Source of the DNA: an uncultured Trueperaceae bacterium
GTDB lineage: Bacteria; Deinococcota; Deinococci; Deinococcales; Trueperaceae
Direction of reading: 5' to 3'
Length of the DNA: 64,000 nt
NCBI GenBank assembly: GCA_963815215.1
Contig: CAWFFU010000008.1
Location: forward strand, 1 to 64,000
Made by a program: the position numbers and the translations under genes
The notes under the pieces: model-generated
Seen by the model: only the letters and a program-made list of their open reading frames with translations
Databases searched by the model: none
What the model was told of the DNA's origin: nothing
In this document: positions 40,721 to 49,910 of the stretch, piece after piece
Position numbering within the stretch: the first letter of the stretch is position 1
How the letters are laid out: every line of letters begins with the position of its first letter

Positions 40721-41975
40721 TGCGGAGCGAGATCAGGTAGGTGGCGCCGTTCGACAACGCCGTGATGCTGCTCGCACGCCCCGTCGCGAGGCCCACGAGC
40801 TGGTCGAGCGAGAACGCCGTGCTCACGTGCAGGGCGGCCACCGTGGCGTACCCGCTCTGGCCCGTTGCGAAGTCCCAGGCGCTGTTCCAGCCCGACGTGG
40901 AAGTGAGGTCGGGGAAGCTGTAGGTGGTCGCGCCGGATCCGAGCCAGGCGGGCGTCACCATGACGACCCAGGTGGGGCTGGTCAGTGCGTTCGGGCTGAA
41001 ATCCCCGTACAGCGCACCCACGCCGCCGCCGCCGAGGAAGGGCACCGATCCCCAGGAGGCCGTGGCCGTACCGCTCGAGACACTGAACGCTGCGCTCGAG
41101 TCGAGCGCGGCAGGAAGCTGGAGGCTCCCGCTCGCAGGCGACTGCGAGGTCAAGCCCACCTCCTGTCTGAGGGTGACGTTCCCGCTGGATACGGCCGCTC
41201 CGCCGTCGAGATAGTACAGATCGCCGGACTCGGCCAGCGCGGCCGGAAGCTGGGGAAACGACAGGCTCGCGGCACTGGAGTCGTAGGCCAGCAAGACGTA
41301 GCCCGACCCGTCAGGCACGAGCGCGGCGGCGGCGCTCGGAGATTCCCCGACCGGCACGCCCGCGACGCTGAACGCGGTCATGCTGAATGGCTGGCCTGTC
41401 GTCAGGTCGATGTCGTGCGTGCCATTGCCTACGATCGATAGGCCCCGCTGCACGACCATGGTGTCGGGCGCCGAGCTGGACGTGAGCCCGTAGGCGACGA
41501 GCGTCTGAACGCCGCCGTTCACCTGCGGGTACGAGTAGCTCGGGCTGGCGGAGGTGACCGTGGAGAAGGAGTTGCCGATCGACACGAAGGCCGATCCACT
41601 GGCGGGTACGCCGGTCACGTTACCAGTGACGCTGTACGTCGACGTTGCCTGATCGAAGAGGCACGAGGCGACGACCGTGGTGGCGTCGCCTGTGGTCTCC
41701 TGCGTGACGCCGACCAGCGCCTGCCCGGAGCTCAGTGCGCACTCCCATGCCACTCCGTAGCGACCGTCCGCGTCGTTCACGACGAAACTCGAACCGGTCA
41801 CCGCCGTCCAGGGGCCACTGCCGTCCTGCACGGCGAGCCACGGAACGGAACCCACCTTCGTGACGGTCACGGTCGTTCCCGAGGTACCTCCGCCCGAAGG
41901 TCCCGCACTGCACCCTGCCAGCAAAGCGATCCCGGCGACTCCTGAAAGCCATCCGATCCAACGTTGGCGTCCCAT
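40701..41975 (-). CDS. Ser/Thr/Gly-rich lipoprotein of unknown function
   Basis: Lipobox LLAGC after MGRQRWIGW..; WLAVQDGSGPW and YGVAWEC; beta-rich composition. Confidence 0.75.
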   Translation of the reverse strand: MGRQRWIGWLSGVAGIALLAGCSAGPSGGGTSGTTVTVTKVGSVPWLAVQDGSGPWTAVTGSSFVVNDADGRYGVAWECALSSGQALVGVTQETTGDATTVVASCLFDQATSTYSVTGNVTGVPASGSAFVSIGNSFSTVTSASPSYSYPQVNGGVQTLVAYGLTSSSAPDTMVVQRGLSIVGNGTHDIDLTTGQPFSMTAFSVAGVPVGESPSAAAALVPDGSGYVLLAYDSSAASLSFPQLPAALAESGDLYYLDGGAAVSSGNVTLRQEVGLTSQSPASGSLQLPAALDSSAAFSVSSGTATASWGSVPFLGGGGVGALYGDFSPNALTSPTWVVMVTPAWLGSGATTYSFPDLTSTSGWNSAWDFATGQSGYATVAALHVSTAFSLDQLVGLATGRASSITALSNGATYLISLRIESGVF

Positions 41976-42147
41976 GGCCAACCCCTTTCCGTGCCCCGGC
42001 TCGAGGCAGATGTCCGCAGCCGTGGTTCGACCCGTCACCCGCGGCGACGCCACGGCGCGAGGCGCCTCGTCGCACGGTCGACGTCGAACCACCGTCGAGC
42101 ATCCCTCGCCGCCGTCTAGCGAGCGTCTAGCCGGCCCCTCGGGAGGC

Positions 42148-42999
42148 TCAACCCCCGGGGGACAGCGCGTCACGCAGCGCATCACCCAGCAAGTTCACGC
42201 TGAGGATGGTCAGCAGCAGGGCGACCCCGGGGAGGGTCGGGATCCACCACGCCACAGCGATGAAGACCTGTCCCTCGCTGAGGATGCCGCCCCAGCTCGG
42301 GGTCGGCGGCTGGATCCCCAGCCCCAGGAAGGACAACCCGGCCTCGGCGAGGATGAGCGTGCCGAGCTGAAGGGTGCCGTCGACCAGCAGCAGGGGTGCC
42401 ACGTTGGGTAGTACGTGGCGCAGCAGTACGCGACGGGTGGACGCTCCCAGGGAGACCGCCGCCTGCACGTAGTCCTCCTCGCGCAGCTCGAGCACGCGCC
42501 CTCGGACGAGCTTGGCGAAGCTGACCCATCCCGTCAGCCCCAGCGTGAGGATCAACACCGGTAGGCTCGGGCCCACCGCAGCCACGATGGCGATCGCGAG
42601 CAGCACGAACGGCAGCGCCATCAGCGTCTCCGTGATACCGGTGATCACGGAATCGACGACACCCCCGAAGTATCCGGCCAGCAGCCCGAAGGCCACGCCG
42701 ATGACCAGGGCGATGACGAGCGACGCCAGCCCGATGGTCAAGGATACGCGGGCGCCCATGAGCAGGCGACTGAGGAGGTCGCGACCCAGCTGGTCGGTAC
42801 CGAGCAGATGGACGACCCCGCTGGGGCTCCGGAAGCCGGGCGGCTTCAGGGTCGCGAACAGGTCCTGCTTGGTGGGCCCGATGGGGTCGAATGGGGCGTA
42901 GATCGCCGCCGCCGCGACCAGGATCAGCACGAGGACCGACGCCAACACCCGGGGCCGCCGGAGCGCCCGCCATAAGCGGCGCCGGAGCGACCCGCTCAA
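42148..42999 (-). CDS. Peptide/nickel ABC permease, DppC/OppC-like
   Basis: LGTDQLGRDLLSRL, YVQAAVSLGAS, EAGLSFLGLG. Confidence 0.9.
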   Translation of the reverse strand: MSGSLRRRLWRALRRPRVLASVLVLILVAAAAIYAPFDPIGPTKQDLFATLKPPGFRSPSGVVHLLGTDQLGRDLLSRLLMGARVSLTIGLASLVIALVIGVAFGLLAGYFGGVVDSVITGITETLMALPFVLLAIAIVAAVGPSLPVLILTLGLTGWVSFAKLVRGRVLELREEDYVQAAVSLGASTRRVLLRHVLPNVAPLLLVDGTLQLGTLILAEAGLSFLGLGIQPPTPSWGGILSEGQVFIAVAWWIPTLPGVALLLTILSVNLLGDALRDALSPGG

Positions 43000-43913
43000 C
43001 GGATTCGCACCCTCGGGTTGAGCAAGGTGTAGGACACGTCGACCAGCGTGTTGGCCAGGATGAGCAGGATCGCCACTACGAACACACCCGCCTCCACGAC
43101 GGGGTAGTCGCGGGCGTACACCGCCTGCACCAACAGCCGGCCCAGGCCCGGCCAAGCGAACACCGTCTCGGTGATGACCGAGCCACCGAGAACGAACCGG
43201 AGCTGGAGTCCGATGACCGTGACGATCGGGATCGCCGCGTTGCGCAAGGCGTGCCGCCAGACCACGAGCCGCTGTGCGACCCCCTTGGCGCGCGCGCTGC
43301 GCACGTAGGCCTTGCCGAGCACCTCGAGCACGCTCGTGCGTGTGACCCGCACGATGCCGCCGAGGAGGAAGAGCGCCAGCGTCAACGACGGCAGCACGTA
43401 GTGTTGCCAGCCGCCGATCCCGGCCGCAGGCAGCCACCGCAAGCGCACGGCGAAGAGCAGGATCCCCATGATGGCAAGCCAGAACACCGGGGTCGACTGG
43501 CCGGTCACGGCGATGGCCGTGACCAGCGAATCCCACACGCTGTCGCGCCGGGTGGCCGCGGTCACGCCGAGGGGAAGCCCGATCAGGACCGCCAGCGCCA
43601 CCGCCAGTCCCGCCAGCGCCAGGGTGGCCGGAAGTCTCTCCAGCACCAGGCTGAGCGCGGGCTGACCGAGCTGGATCGAGGTCCCGAAGTCGAAGCGGGC
43701 CACAGATCCCAGGAACCGTACGTACCTCACGGGCAGCGGCGCGTCCAGCCCCATGGCGTGGCGGTACGCGATGACCTCGCTCTGCGGGGCATCCGGGGGG
43801 AGGAGGAGCCGGATCGGATCGCCCGACAGATTGATCAATACGAACACCAGGAGCGTCAGGCCGAGAAGCGTGACGAAGCTGAGAACGAGGCGGCGTCCGA
43901 GGTAGGTCAACAT
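42996..43913 (-). CDS. Peptide/nickel ABC permease, DppB/OppB-like
   Basis: DFGTS, RLPATL, YVRSARAKG, ETVFAWPGLG, RDYPVV. Confidence 0.9.
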   Translation of the reverse strand: MLTYLGRRLVLSFVTLLGLTLLVFVLINLSGDPIRLLLPPDAPQSEVIAYRHAMGLDAPLPVRYVRFLGSVARFDFGTSIQLGQPALSLVLERLPATLALAGLAVALAVLIGLPLGVTAATRRDSVWDSLVTAIAVTGQSTPVFWLAIMGILLFAVRLRWLPAAGIGGWQHYVLPSLTLALFLLGGIVRVTRTSVLEVLGKAYVRSARAKGVAQRLVVWRHALRNAAIPIVTVIGLQLRFVLGGSVITETVFAWPGLGRLLVQAVYARDYPVVEAGVFVVAILLILANTLVDVSYTLLNPRVRIR

Positions 43914-44027
43914 CGAAGGGTCCGGGCCGTCCGGCGGAAGACGGGAGGCGGTAGTCAGTATAAGGTTACAGGTACGCGGGGTAAGATCCCGACGGGCCCG
44001 AGTCGCCCGCGCTTCTGGAGGGAACCC

Positions 44028-45527
44028 ATGACCAGCCTGTTTCGACGCCTTGCCCTGCTGGCCGCCATCGTCGTCGGCGGCTTCGCCCTCGCCCAACAAC
44101 CCGTGGTGGTGATGCAGAGCGCCGACGCCAAGACGCTCGATCCCACCATGAATCGTGAGACGTCGACGTTCAACGTGCTCCTCAACATCTTCGACGGGCT
44201 ACTGTTCAAGAACCCCGACGGCACCTACGCTCCCGGACTGGCCACGTCCTGGAAGGCGTTGACCCCGACCACCTGGCGGTTAGAGCTGCGCCACGGTGTC
44301 ACCTTCCAGAACGGCGAGCCGTTCGACGCCAACGCGGTGAAGTTCACCATCGACCGCATCCTTGACCCCAACGTCAAGTCACCGATCGCTCGCGGCTTCA
44401 GCTTCATCGCGTCGGTCGACGTGGTCGATCCTTATACCGTCGTGATCCACACCAAGACGCCGCAGCCCCTGGCCGAAGAGTACTTCGCCGAGCTCCTGAT
44501 CGTGCCGCCGACGTACTTCCAGAAGGTCGGTGCTCAAGCCTTCGCCACGGCCCCGATCGGGACGGGACCCTACGAACTGGTGAGCTGGAAACGCGACGAC
44601 GCTCTGACGCTGAAGGCCAATCCCACCTACTGGCGCGGCCCGGCCGCCATCAAGAACGTCGTGTTCAAGCCGGTGCCGGAAGCTCTGACGCGCTTCTCGA
44701 GCCTGTCGGCCGGCCAGGCCGACCTCGTCACCCAGGTCCCGCCCAGTCTCGTGTCGAGCATCCGCTCCGCACCCGGCGTGCACCTCGAGACGGTCGACGG
44801 CGCGCGTGTGATCTACATCGGAATCAACGAGACCAAGGGCAACCCGGCGCTCAAGGACGCGCGGGTGCGCCGCGCGCTGAACCTTGCCGTGAACCGCAAG
44901 GGGATCGTCGAGGGCATCTTCGGGGGCCTGGCCACACCGACCACGGCGATGCTGACGTCGATCGACTTCGGGTACAACCCCGACCTGAAGCCCTACCCCT
45001 ATGACCCTGCCAGAGCCAAGCAGCTGCTGGCGGACGCGGGCTACGCTACCGGGCTGAAGCTGACGCTGGGCACCCCCAACGGACGCTACGTCAACGACGT
45101 CCAGGTCGCTCAGGCCGTGGCCTCCCAGCTCGAGGCCGTCGGCATCACCGTGGACCTCCAGGTGCGCGAGTACGGCGCCTACGTGGGCGCCCTGTTCAGC
45201 GGCAAGGCGCCCGACCTCTACCTGATCGGCTGGGGCAACGCGCCCTTCGACGCCGACTACATCTACTACAACGTGCTCCGCAGCAAGCAGTTGCTCTCCT
45301 ACTTCAGCGATCCGGTCCTGGACGCAAGCCTCGACACGGCCCACGACACCGTGGATCGGGCGGTCCGCAAGGCGGCCTACCTGAAGGCCACCCAGCGCAT
45401 CTACGACCAGGCCCCCGTGATCGACCTCTACAAGCAGCAGGACGCGTATGGCGTCAGCGATCGTTTGCAGTGGAAGGCCCGCGCCGACGAGTTCATCTGG
45501 ATGTACAGCGCGTCGCTGAAGCCGTGA
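44028..45527 (+). CDS. ABC transporter substrate-binding protein, family 5 (peptide)
   Basis: Signal peptide, LRHGVTFQNGEPF, PIGTGPY, RVRRAL; GGAGG RBS. Confidence 0.9.
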   Translation: MTSLFRRLALLAAIVVGGFALAQQPVVVMQSADAKTLDPTMNRETSTFNVLLNIFDGLLFKNPDGTYAPGLATSWKALTPTTWRLELRHGVTFQNGEPFDANAVKFTIDRILDPNVKSPIARGFSFIASVDVVDPYTVVIHTKTPQPLAEEYFAELLIVPPTYFQKVGAQAFATAPIGTGPYELVSWKRDDALTLKANPTYWRGPAAIKNVVFKPVPEALTRFSSLSAGQADLVTQVPPSLVSSIRSAPGVHLETVDGARVIYIGINETKGNPALKDARVRRALNLAVNRKGIVEGIFGGLATPTTAMLTSIDFGYNPDLKPYPYDPARAKQLLADAGYATGLKLTLGTPNGRYVNDVQVAQAVASQLEAVGITVDLQVREYGAYVGALFSGKAPDLYLIGWGNAPFDADYIYYNVLRSKQLLSYFSDPVLDASLDTAHDTVDRAVRKAAYLKATQRIYDQAPVIDLYKQQDAYGVSDRLQWKARADEFIWMYSASLKP

Positions 45528-45606
45528 CGTCGCACGCCGCGAGCGGGGGGTGGGCGCCGGCCCGCCCCCCGACCCTCACCCTCCCCGGAGGTGGCGCGTG
45601 AGGTCG

Positions 45607-46941
45607 ATGCCCGAAGACCTACAGGGCTTCGCACGTGAGACCCTTGCCCGCCTGGTGGCCATCCCCTCCATCGCCGCCCAGGGCAAGGGCATCCGGGAGG
45701 CCGCCGAGCTCGTCCGCGAGCTGCTGGACGAGCAAGGGTTCGCGACGGAGCTGCACCCCACCGAGGGCTCGCCGGTGGTGTTCGGGCAGCGCGCCGCCGC
45801 TGCCGGCCCGACCGTGCTGTTCTACAACCACTACGATGTCCAGCCGCCCGAACCGCTGGACGCGTGGGACAGCGACCCGTTCGTCCTGAGCGAACGCGAC
45901 GGCGCGCTGTACGGCCGCGGCGCCGCCGACGACAAGGGCGAGCTGGTGTCGCGGTTGTGCGCGCTGCGGTGGTTCGAGCTCGAGCACGGCGACCTTCCGT
46001 TCACAGCGAAGTTCGTGGTCGAGGGCGAGGAGGAGATCGGCTCGTTGCACCTGGCGGACTACGTCGAGCGCGAGCGGAGCCGGTTGAGCGCCGACGGCTG
46101 CGTGTGGGAGTTCGGCGGCGTCGATGCAGACGAACGACCCTCCACGTACCTGGGCCTGAAGGGGATCCTCACGCTGGAGCTAACGGTCCGCACGGCCGAT
46201 CGCGACCTCCACTCGAGCTTCGGGGCGGTCGTCGAGAACGCCGCACAGCGGATCACAGCGGCCCTCGCCAGCCTCTTCGATGCCAACGGACGCGTGGCCG
46301 TGGACGGCTTCTACGACGCCGTCGTCGATCCCGGCGACGAGCTGCGGGGCCTCGTCGACCGGCTTCCCGACGAGGAGGCGCGGCTGGGAGCGCTGTTCGG
46401 TATCGAGCGCTTCGCGGGCGGCGTGACCGGCACGGACTTCCGCCGGCAGCTCTACCTCGCGCCGGCGCTCAACATCAACGGTGTCCACAGCGGTTACGGC
46501 GGCGCCGGCGCCAAGACGATCGTGCCATGCGAGGCCGTGGCGAAGCTCGACGCGCGTCTGGTACCCGACCAGGACCCGCTCGAGGTGCTCCGCCAGATCG
46601 AGCGTCACCTCGCCGCGCGCGGCTTCGCAGATGTCGAGGTCCGGGTGCTGGAGCACCTCGAGCGACCGGCGCGCGGGGTCCGTGACCATCCCTTCGTCGA
46701 TGCCGCTGTGCAGGCGCTGCGCGAGGTGTATGGCCGGGAGCCGGCGGTACAACCGAACACCCCGAGCTCCGGCCCCATGCACCCCTTCATCGAGCACCTC
46801 GGCATCCCGGTCGTCGGGATGGGATGCGGCTACCCCGGTAGCCGCATCCACGCGCCGAACGAACACCTGCGCTGGGTCGACTTCCAGCGCGGCACCGAGG
46901 CGACCTTGCGGATGCTCGAGCTCTTCGTGCTGGGCCGCTGA
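45607..46941 (+). CDS. M20-family metallopeptidase/dipeptidase
   Basis: YNHYDVQPP, YGRGAADDKG, EGEEEIGS, HAPNE. Confidence 0.88.
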   Translation: MPEDLQGFARETLARLVAIPSIAAQGKGIREAAELVRELLDEQGFATELHPTEGSPVVFGQRAAAAGPTVLFYNHYDVQPPEPLDAWDSDPFVLSERDGALYGRGAADDKGELVSRLCALRWFELEHGDLPFTAKFVVEGEEEIGSLHLADYVERERSRLSADGCVWEFGGVDADERPSTYLGLKGILTLELTVRTADRDLHSSFGAVVENAAQRITAALASLFDANGRVAVDGFYDAVVDPGDELRGLVDRLPDEEARLGALFGIERFAGGVTGTDFRRQLYLAPALNINGVHSGYGGAGAKTIVPCEAVAKLDARLVPDQDPLEVLRQIERHLAARGFADVEVRVLEHLERPARGVRDHPFVDAAVQALREVYGREPAVQPNTPSSGPMHPFIEHLGIPVVGMGCGYPGSRIHAPNEHLRWVDFQRGTEATLRMLELFVLGR

Positions 46942-46969
46942 CCACGCACGGAAGCCGTCGACTCTCCCA

Positions 46970-48082
46970 TCATGGGCCCTGCGTAGCACCCCCCGGCACA
47001 AGACCCTCGGTGACGAGGACCAGCACTCGGCTCTCGGGGCCGAGCTCGAGCTCGGCGGCCTTCGCGCGGTCGGCGAGCGCCGCCACGGCACCGGCCAGGC
47101 CCGCCGTTCCCGAGGGCGTGCTGCGCGGTCCGCCCATCTCGGCGAGCAAGCGGGGCGCCGCCAGCAGCGCTTCCTCACCGACGCTCAGTGCACCTACGCG
47201 GTGGCCGAGGAGGATCTCCAGCGCTGCGGCGCCGGCCCGGCCGCAGGCCAGCATCTCCGCCACGGTCACCAGGTCGCCGGGGAGCTGCACGGGCCGTCCG
47301 GCCTCGAGTGCGGCACCGACGCAACGCGCCGCGTCAGGTTCGACCACGACGATCGCGGCAGGCGGCGCCAGCCACGGTCCGAGCTCCGTGACCATGGCAG
47401 CGGCCAGCCCCCCGACGCCCGCCTGAACGAACAGATGGGTGGGCCTGCGGTGGCCCGAGGCGTCGCTCTGGCGCCGGATCTCGGCCGCCATCACCGCGTA
47501 GCCCGCGATCACGTCACGGACCACGGGATCGGCCGGGTCGTCGCTGGTGTCGGCGACCAGGATGCCGTCCCCGCGCTGTGCCGCGTCGGCCGCGGCGGCA
47601 ACCGCGTCGTCGTAGGTCCCCGTTACCCGGACGATCTCGGCCCCCAGCGCGGCGATGCGCGTCGCGCGGTCCGCCGGCACGCCGTCGTGGAGGAAGACAC
47701 GCGCGTTCGTGCCCGCCTGCCTTGCGGCCGCGGCGACGGCCAGGCCGTGGTTGCCGTCGCTGGCGCAGATCAGCACAGGCAGACCGGAACGAGGGCGCGC
47801 CACGATCGCGTCGACCTCCTCGCCCACCGCGCGGGCCAGGGCGCGCAAGCCGGCGTAGGTGCCGCCGAGCGACTTGAAGCTGCCGAGCATCCGGCGCCCC
47901 TCGTCCTTGGCCAGCACCTGCGCGACACCGAGTGCTGCCGCCAGCCGCGGCAGGTCGTGCAGCGGGGTCGGCACACGGTCCGGACCGTCGACGCCGCCGA
48001 TTCGCACGCCGCCGTTTCCCACGCCGTCATTCCCCACGCCGTCATTCCCCACGCCGTTCTTCCCCACGCCGTCGTTCGCCAC
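46970..48082 (-). CDS. Diaminopropionate ammonia-lyase-like PLP enzyme (start uncertain)
   Basis: PTPL, KDEGRRMLGSFKSLG, ASDGNHG, YDDAV, FVQAGVGG, LACG, VTEG. Confidence 0.8.
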   Translation of the reverse strand: MANDGVGKNGVGNDGVGNDGVGNGGVRIGGVDGPDRVPTPLHDLPRLAAALGVAQVLAKDEGRRMLGSFKSLGGTYAGLRALARAVGEEVDAIVARPRSGLPVLICASDGNHGLAVAAAARQAGTNARVFLHDGVPADRATRIAALGAEIVRVTGTYDDAVAAAADAAQRGDGILVADTSDDPADPVVRDVIAGYAVMAAEIRRQSDASGHRRPTHLFVQAGVGGLAAAMVTELGPWLAPPAAIVVVEPDAARCVGAALEAGRPVQLPGDLVTVAEMLACGRAGAAALEILLGHRVGALSVGEEALLAAPRLLAEMGGPRSTPSGTAGLAGAVAALADRAKAAELELGPESRVLVLVTEGLVPGGATQGP

Positions 48083-48085
48083 GCC
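48005..48085. repeat. 15-bp tandem repeat, about 5.4 copies
   Basis: CACGCCGTCATTCCC-type units at 48005, 48020, 48035, 48050, 48065, 48080. Confidence 0.92.
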
Positions 48086-48102
48086 GGCCTTCCGCGCCCC
48101 GC

Positions 48103-49326
48103 TCAGATGCCGAGCACGTCGCCGACCGTCCGGACCGGCATCCCGATGGCATGGATGTGGTCGACGATGGCGCGGAAGTCGCTCACCGAGTAGTCGGTTG
48201 CCGCCGTGTCGCTCGGCACCACGTGGTGGAACGTCAGGATGCACCACTGCTTGCCGGCCCTGGCGCGGTCGATGCGGGCGATGAGGTCGCCGGGGGGGCG
48301 GGCGTCGATCATGCTCCACGCCCGCAGCTTGAGCGGGTTCGGGGGCGTGACGACCTCGGTGCTGGACTGGATGATGGTGCGGGCGGCGCGCCAGTAGCGG
48401 CGCACCGTCTGCAGCACGGAATCGTCGTAGGCGCCTCCCGGGTAGGCGCAGTGGTTGACGCCGCGGAAGCCCTCACTGCGCAGCCACCGTTGCAGCTGCT
48501 CGATGTCCTCCGTCAGGGCCTCGGGGCTGACCCCGGTCCAGCGCGCGTTGTGCACGGCCAGGCGGTCGCTGTGGCCTGCCACCTCCCAGCCCGAGAAGTC
48601 CTCCAGCCTGTGCAGCTGCTCGAGCGTGAACCTCCGCGGGCTGCCGATGAGGTCACGGATCACGTAGGCGGTCGCCGGGTAGCCGTAGGCATCGAGGATC
48701 GGTCGTGCGTGGTCGTACGGGTCGCTCCAGCCGTCGTCGAACGACAGGCTGACGACCCCGTGAGGCCAGGCGTCGGGCTCCGCGTAGGAGGCCACGCCGT
48801 TGATGTGAAGGGTGGTGTCGCCCCCCTTGGGAGCGTCGACACGGATGCGCAGGGCCTCGATGGCGTTGCGCCGGGGGGAGCCCACGGCGGTGGCGTCGCC
48901 GAAGCCCAGGTCCATCACCACCCAGCCCTCGCCCGCCTTCAGGTACTGACCCGCGGGCGACGCACTCGTCTCGATCGGCCACTTGAGATAGTCGGTGAAA
49001 CCGGCGTCGCCGGCGTAGAGCGTGATGTCCCCGAGCCCGCTGAGATCACCCTCGACACGGAGCCACAGCCGCACGATCCGCGCGCTGAGATCGAGCTTCA
49101 GACCGGTGCGTTCGATCCAGGCCGGGAGCCCCCCGCTCGGCTGCGTGAACCATGCGCTCTGCGAACCGAGCACGTAGTCGGAGGCGTCGTCGAGGTTGCT
49201 CTCCGAGGCGTTCGTCACGGTCCAGCCGTGACCGCGCTGGAAGCGCGTGACCACCTCGAGATCGTGCGCGCGGGGCGCGTGCGGAACGCTGGAGGTGCGT
49301 TCCGTGACGCTGGCGAACTGCCGCAT
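48103..49326 (-). CDS. Polysaccharide deacetylase (CE4/NodB) domain protein with N-terminal beta-rich domain
   Basis: SLSFDDG, GWEVAGHS, AYPGG, ILTFHHV; start overlaps the upstream stop. Confidence 0.8.
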   Translation of the reverse strand: MRQFASVTERTSSVPHAPRAHDLEVVTRFQRGHGWTVTNASESNLDDASDYVLGSQSAWFTQPSGGLPAWIERTGLKLDLSARIVRLWLRVEGDLSGLGDITLYAGDAGFTDYLKWPIETSASPAGQYLKAGEGWVVMDLGFGDATAVGSPRRNAIEALRIRVDAPKGGDTTLHINGVASYAEPDAWPHGVVSLSFDDGWSDPYDHARPILDAYGYPATAYVIRDLIGSPRRFTLEQLHRLEDFSGWEVAGHSDRLAVHNARWTGVSPEALTEDIEQLQRWLRSEGFRGVNHCAYPGGAYDDSVLQTVRRYWRAARTIIQSSTEVVTPPNPLKLRAWSMIDARPPGDLIARIDRARAGKQWCILTFHHVVPSDTAATDYSVSDFRAIVDHIHAIGMPVRTVGDVLGI

Positions 49327-49817
49327 CACTCGCTCCAGGTCTGCACGACCGCGCTGGCGCCGTTGGCGATGACGCTCAGGCTGTCGACGTCGTAGCGCTC
49401 GGCGAAGCCCGCGCCGATGAGCTCGCCGGTCGTCGCGGTGGCGTCGGAGCCGTCGGTCCGGACGCGGACCTGGCCCCGTTCGACCTGGAGCCAGATCCCC
49501 GCCCTGGAAGGTGCACGCTGGATCGTCTTCGGCGCCCGTGGCTCGAGCGCGTGCTGAGCGTAGCCCGCCGCCGCGCCGCGGCCGGCGAGCCGAACGTTGC
49601 CGGGATCGTCCGGGCTGAACGCGGGCATGGGCCGTCCGTCCGGCCCGTACAGCACCACCGGCTGATGCCCGCCGTCCCCGGCCGGCGTTCCACCGGCGGA
49701 ACCCACCGCCGCTCCCGCTGCCTGGGCGGTCCCCGCTCCGAGCACCGCACCCAGCACACCGACGCCGAGCGCCTTCACCAGCTTGCGTCGGCCCGCTCCC
49801 CAATCGCTGTCATCCAT
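49326..49817 (-). CDS. Small protein with twin-arginine (Tat) signal peptide
   Basis: GRRKLVK..AQAA signal; TAGGAT 7 nt before ATG 49817. Confidence 0.75.
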   Translation of the reverse strand: MDDSDWGAGRRKLVKALGVGVLGAVLGAGTAQAAGAAVGSAGGTPAGDGGHQPVVLYGPDGRPMPAFSPDDPGNVRLAGRGAAAGYAQHALEPRAPKTIQRAPSRAGIWLQVERGQVRVRTDGSDATATTGELIGAGFAERYDVDSLSVIANGASAVVQTWSE

Positions 49818-49910
49818 GCGGGCCATCCTAGCGTGCCGTCGCCGCGCCGCCCCGTACTTCCCACGTCCGGCTCCGCCGCCGCCGAGCGGCGTCGCTCGGG
49901 AGTGCGGCGC

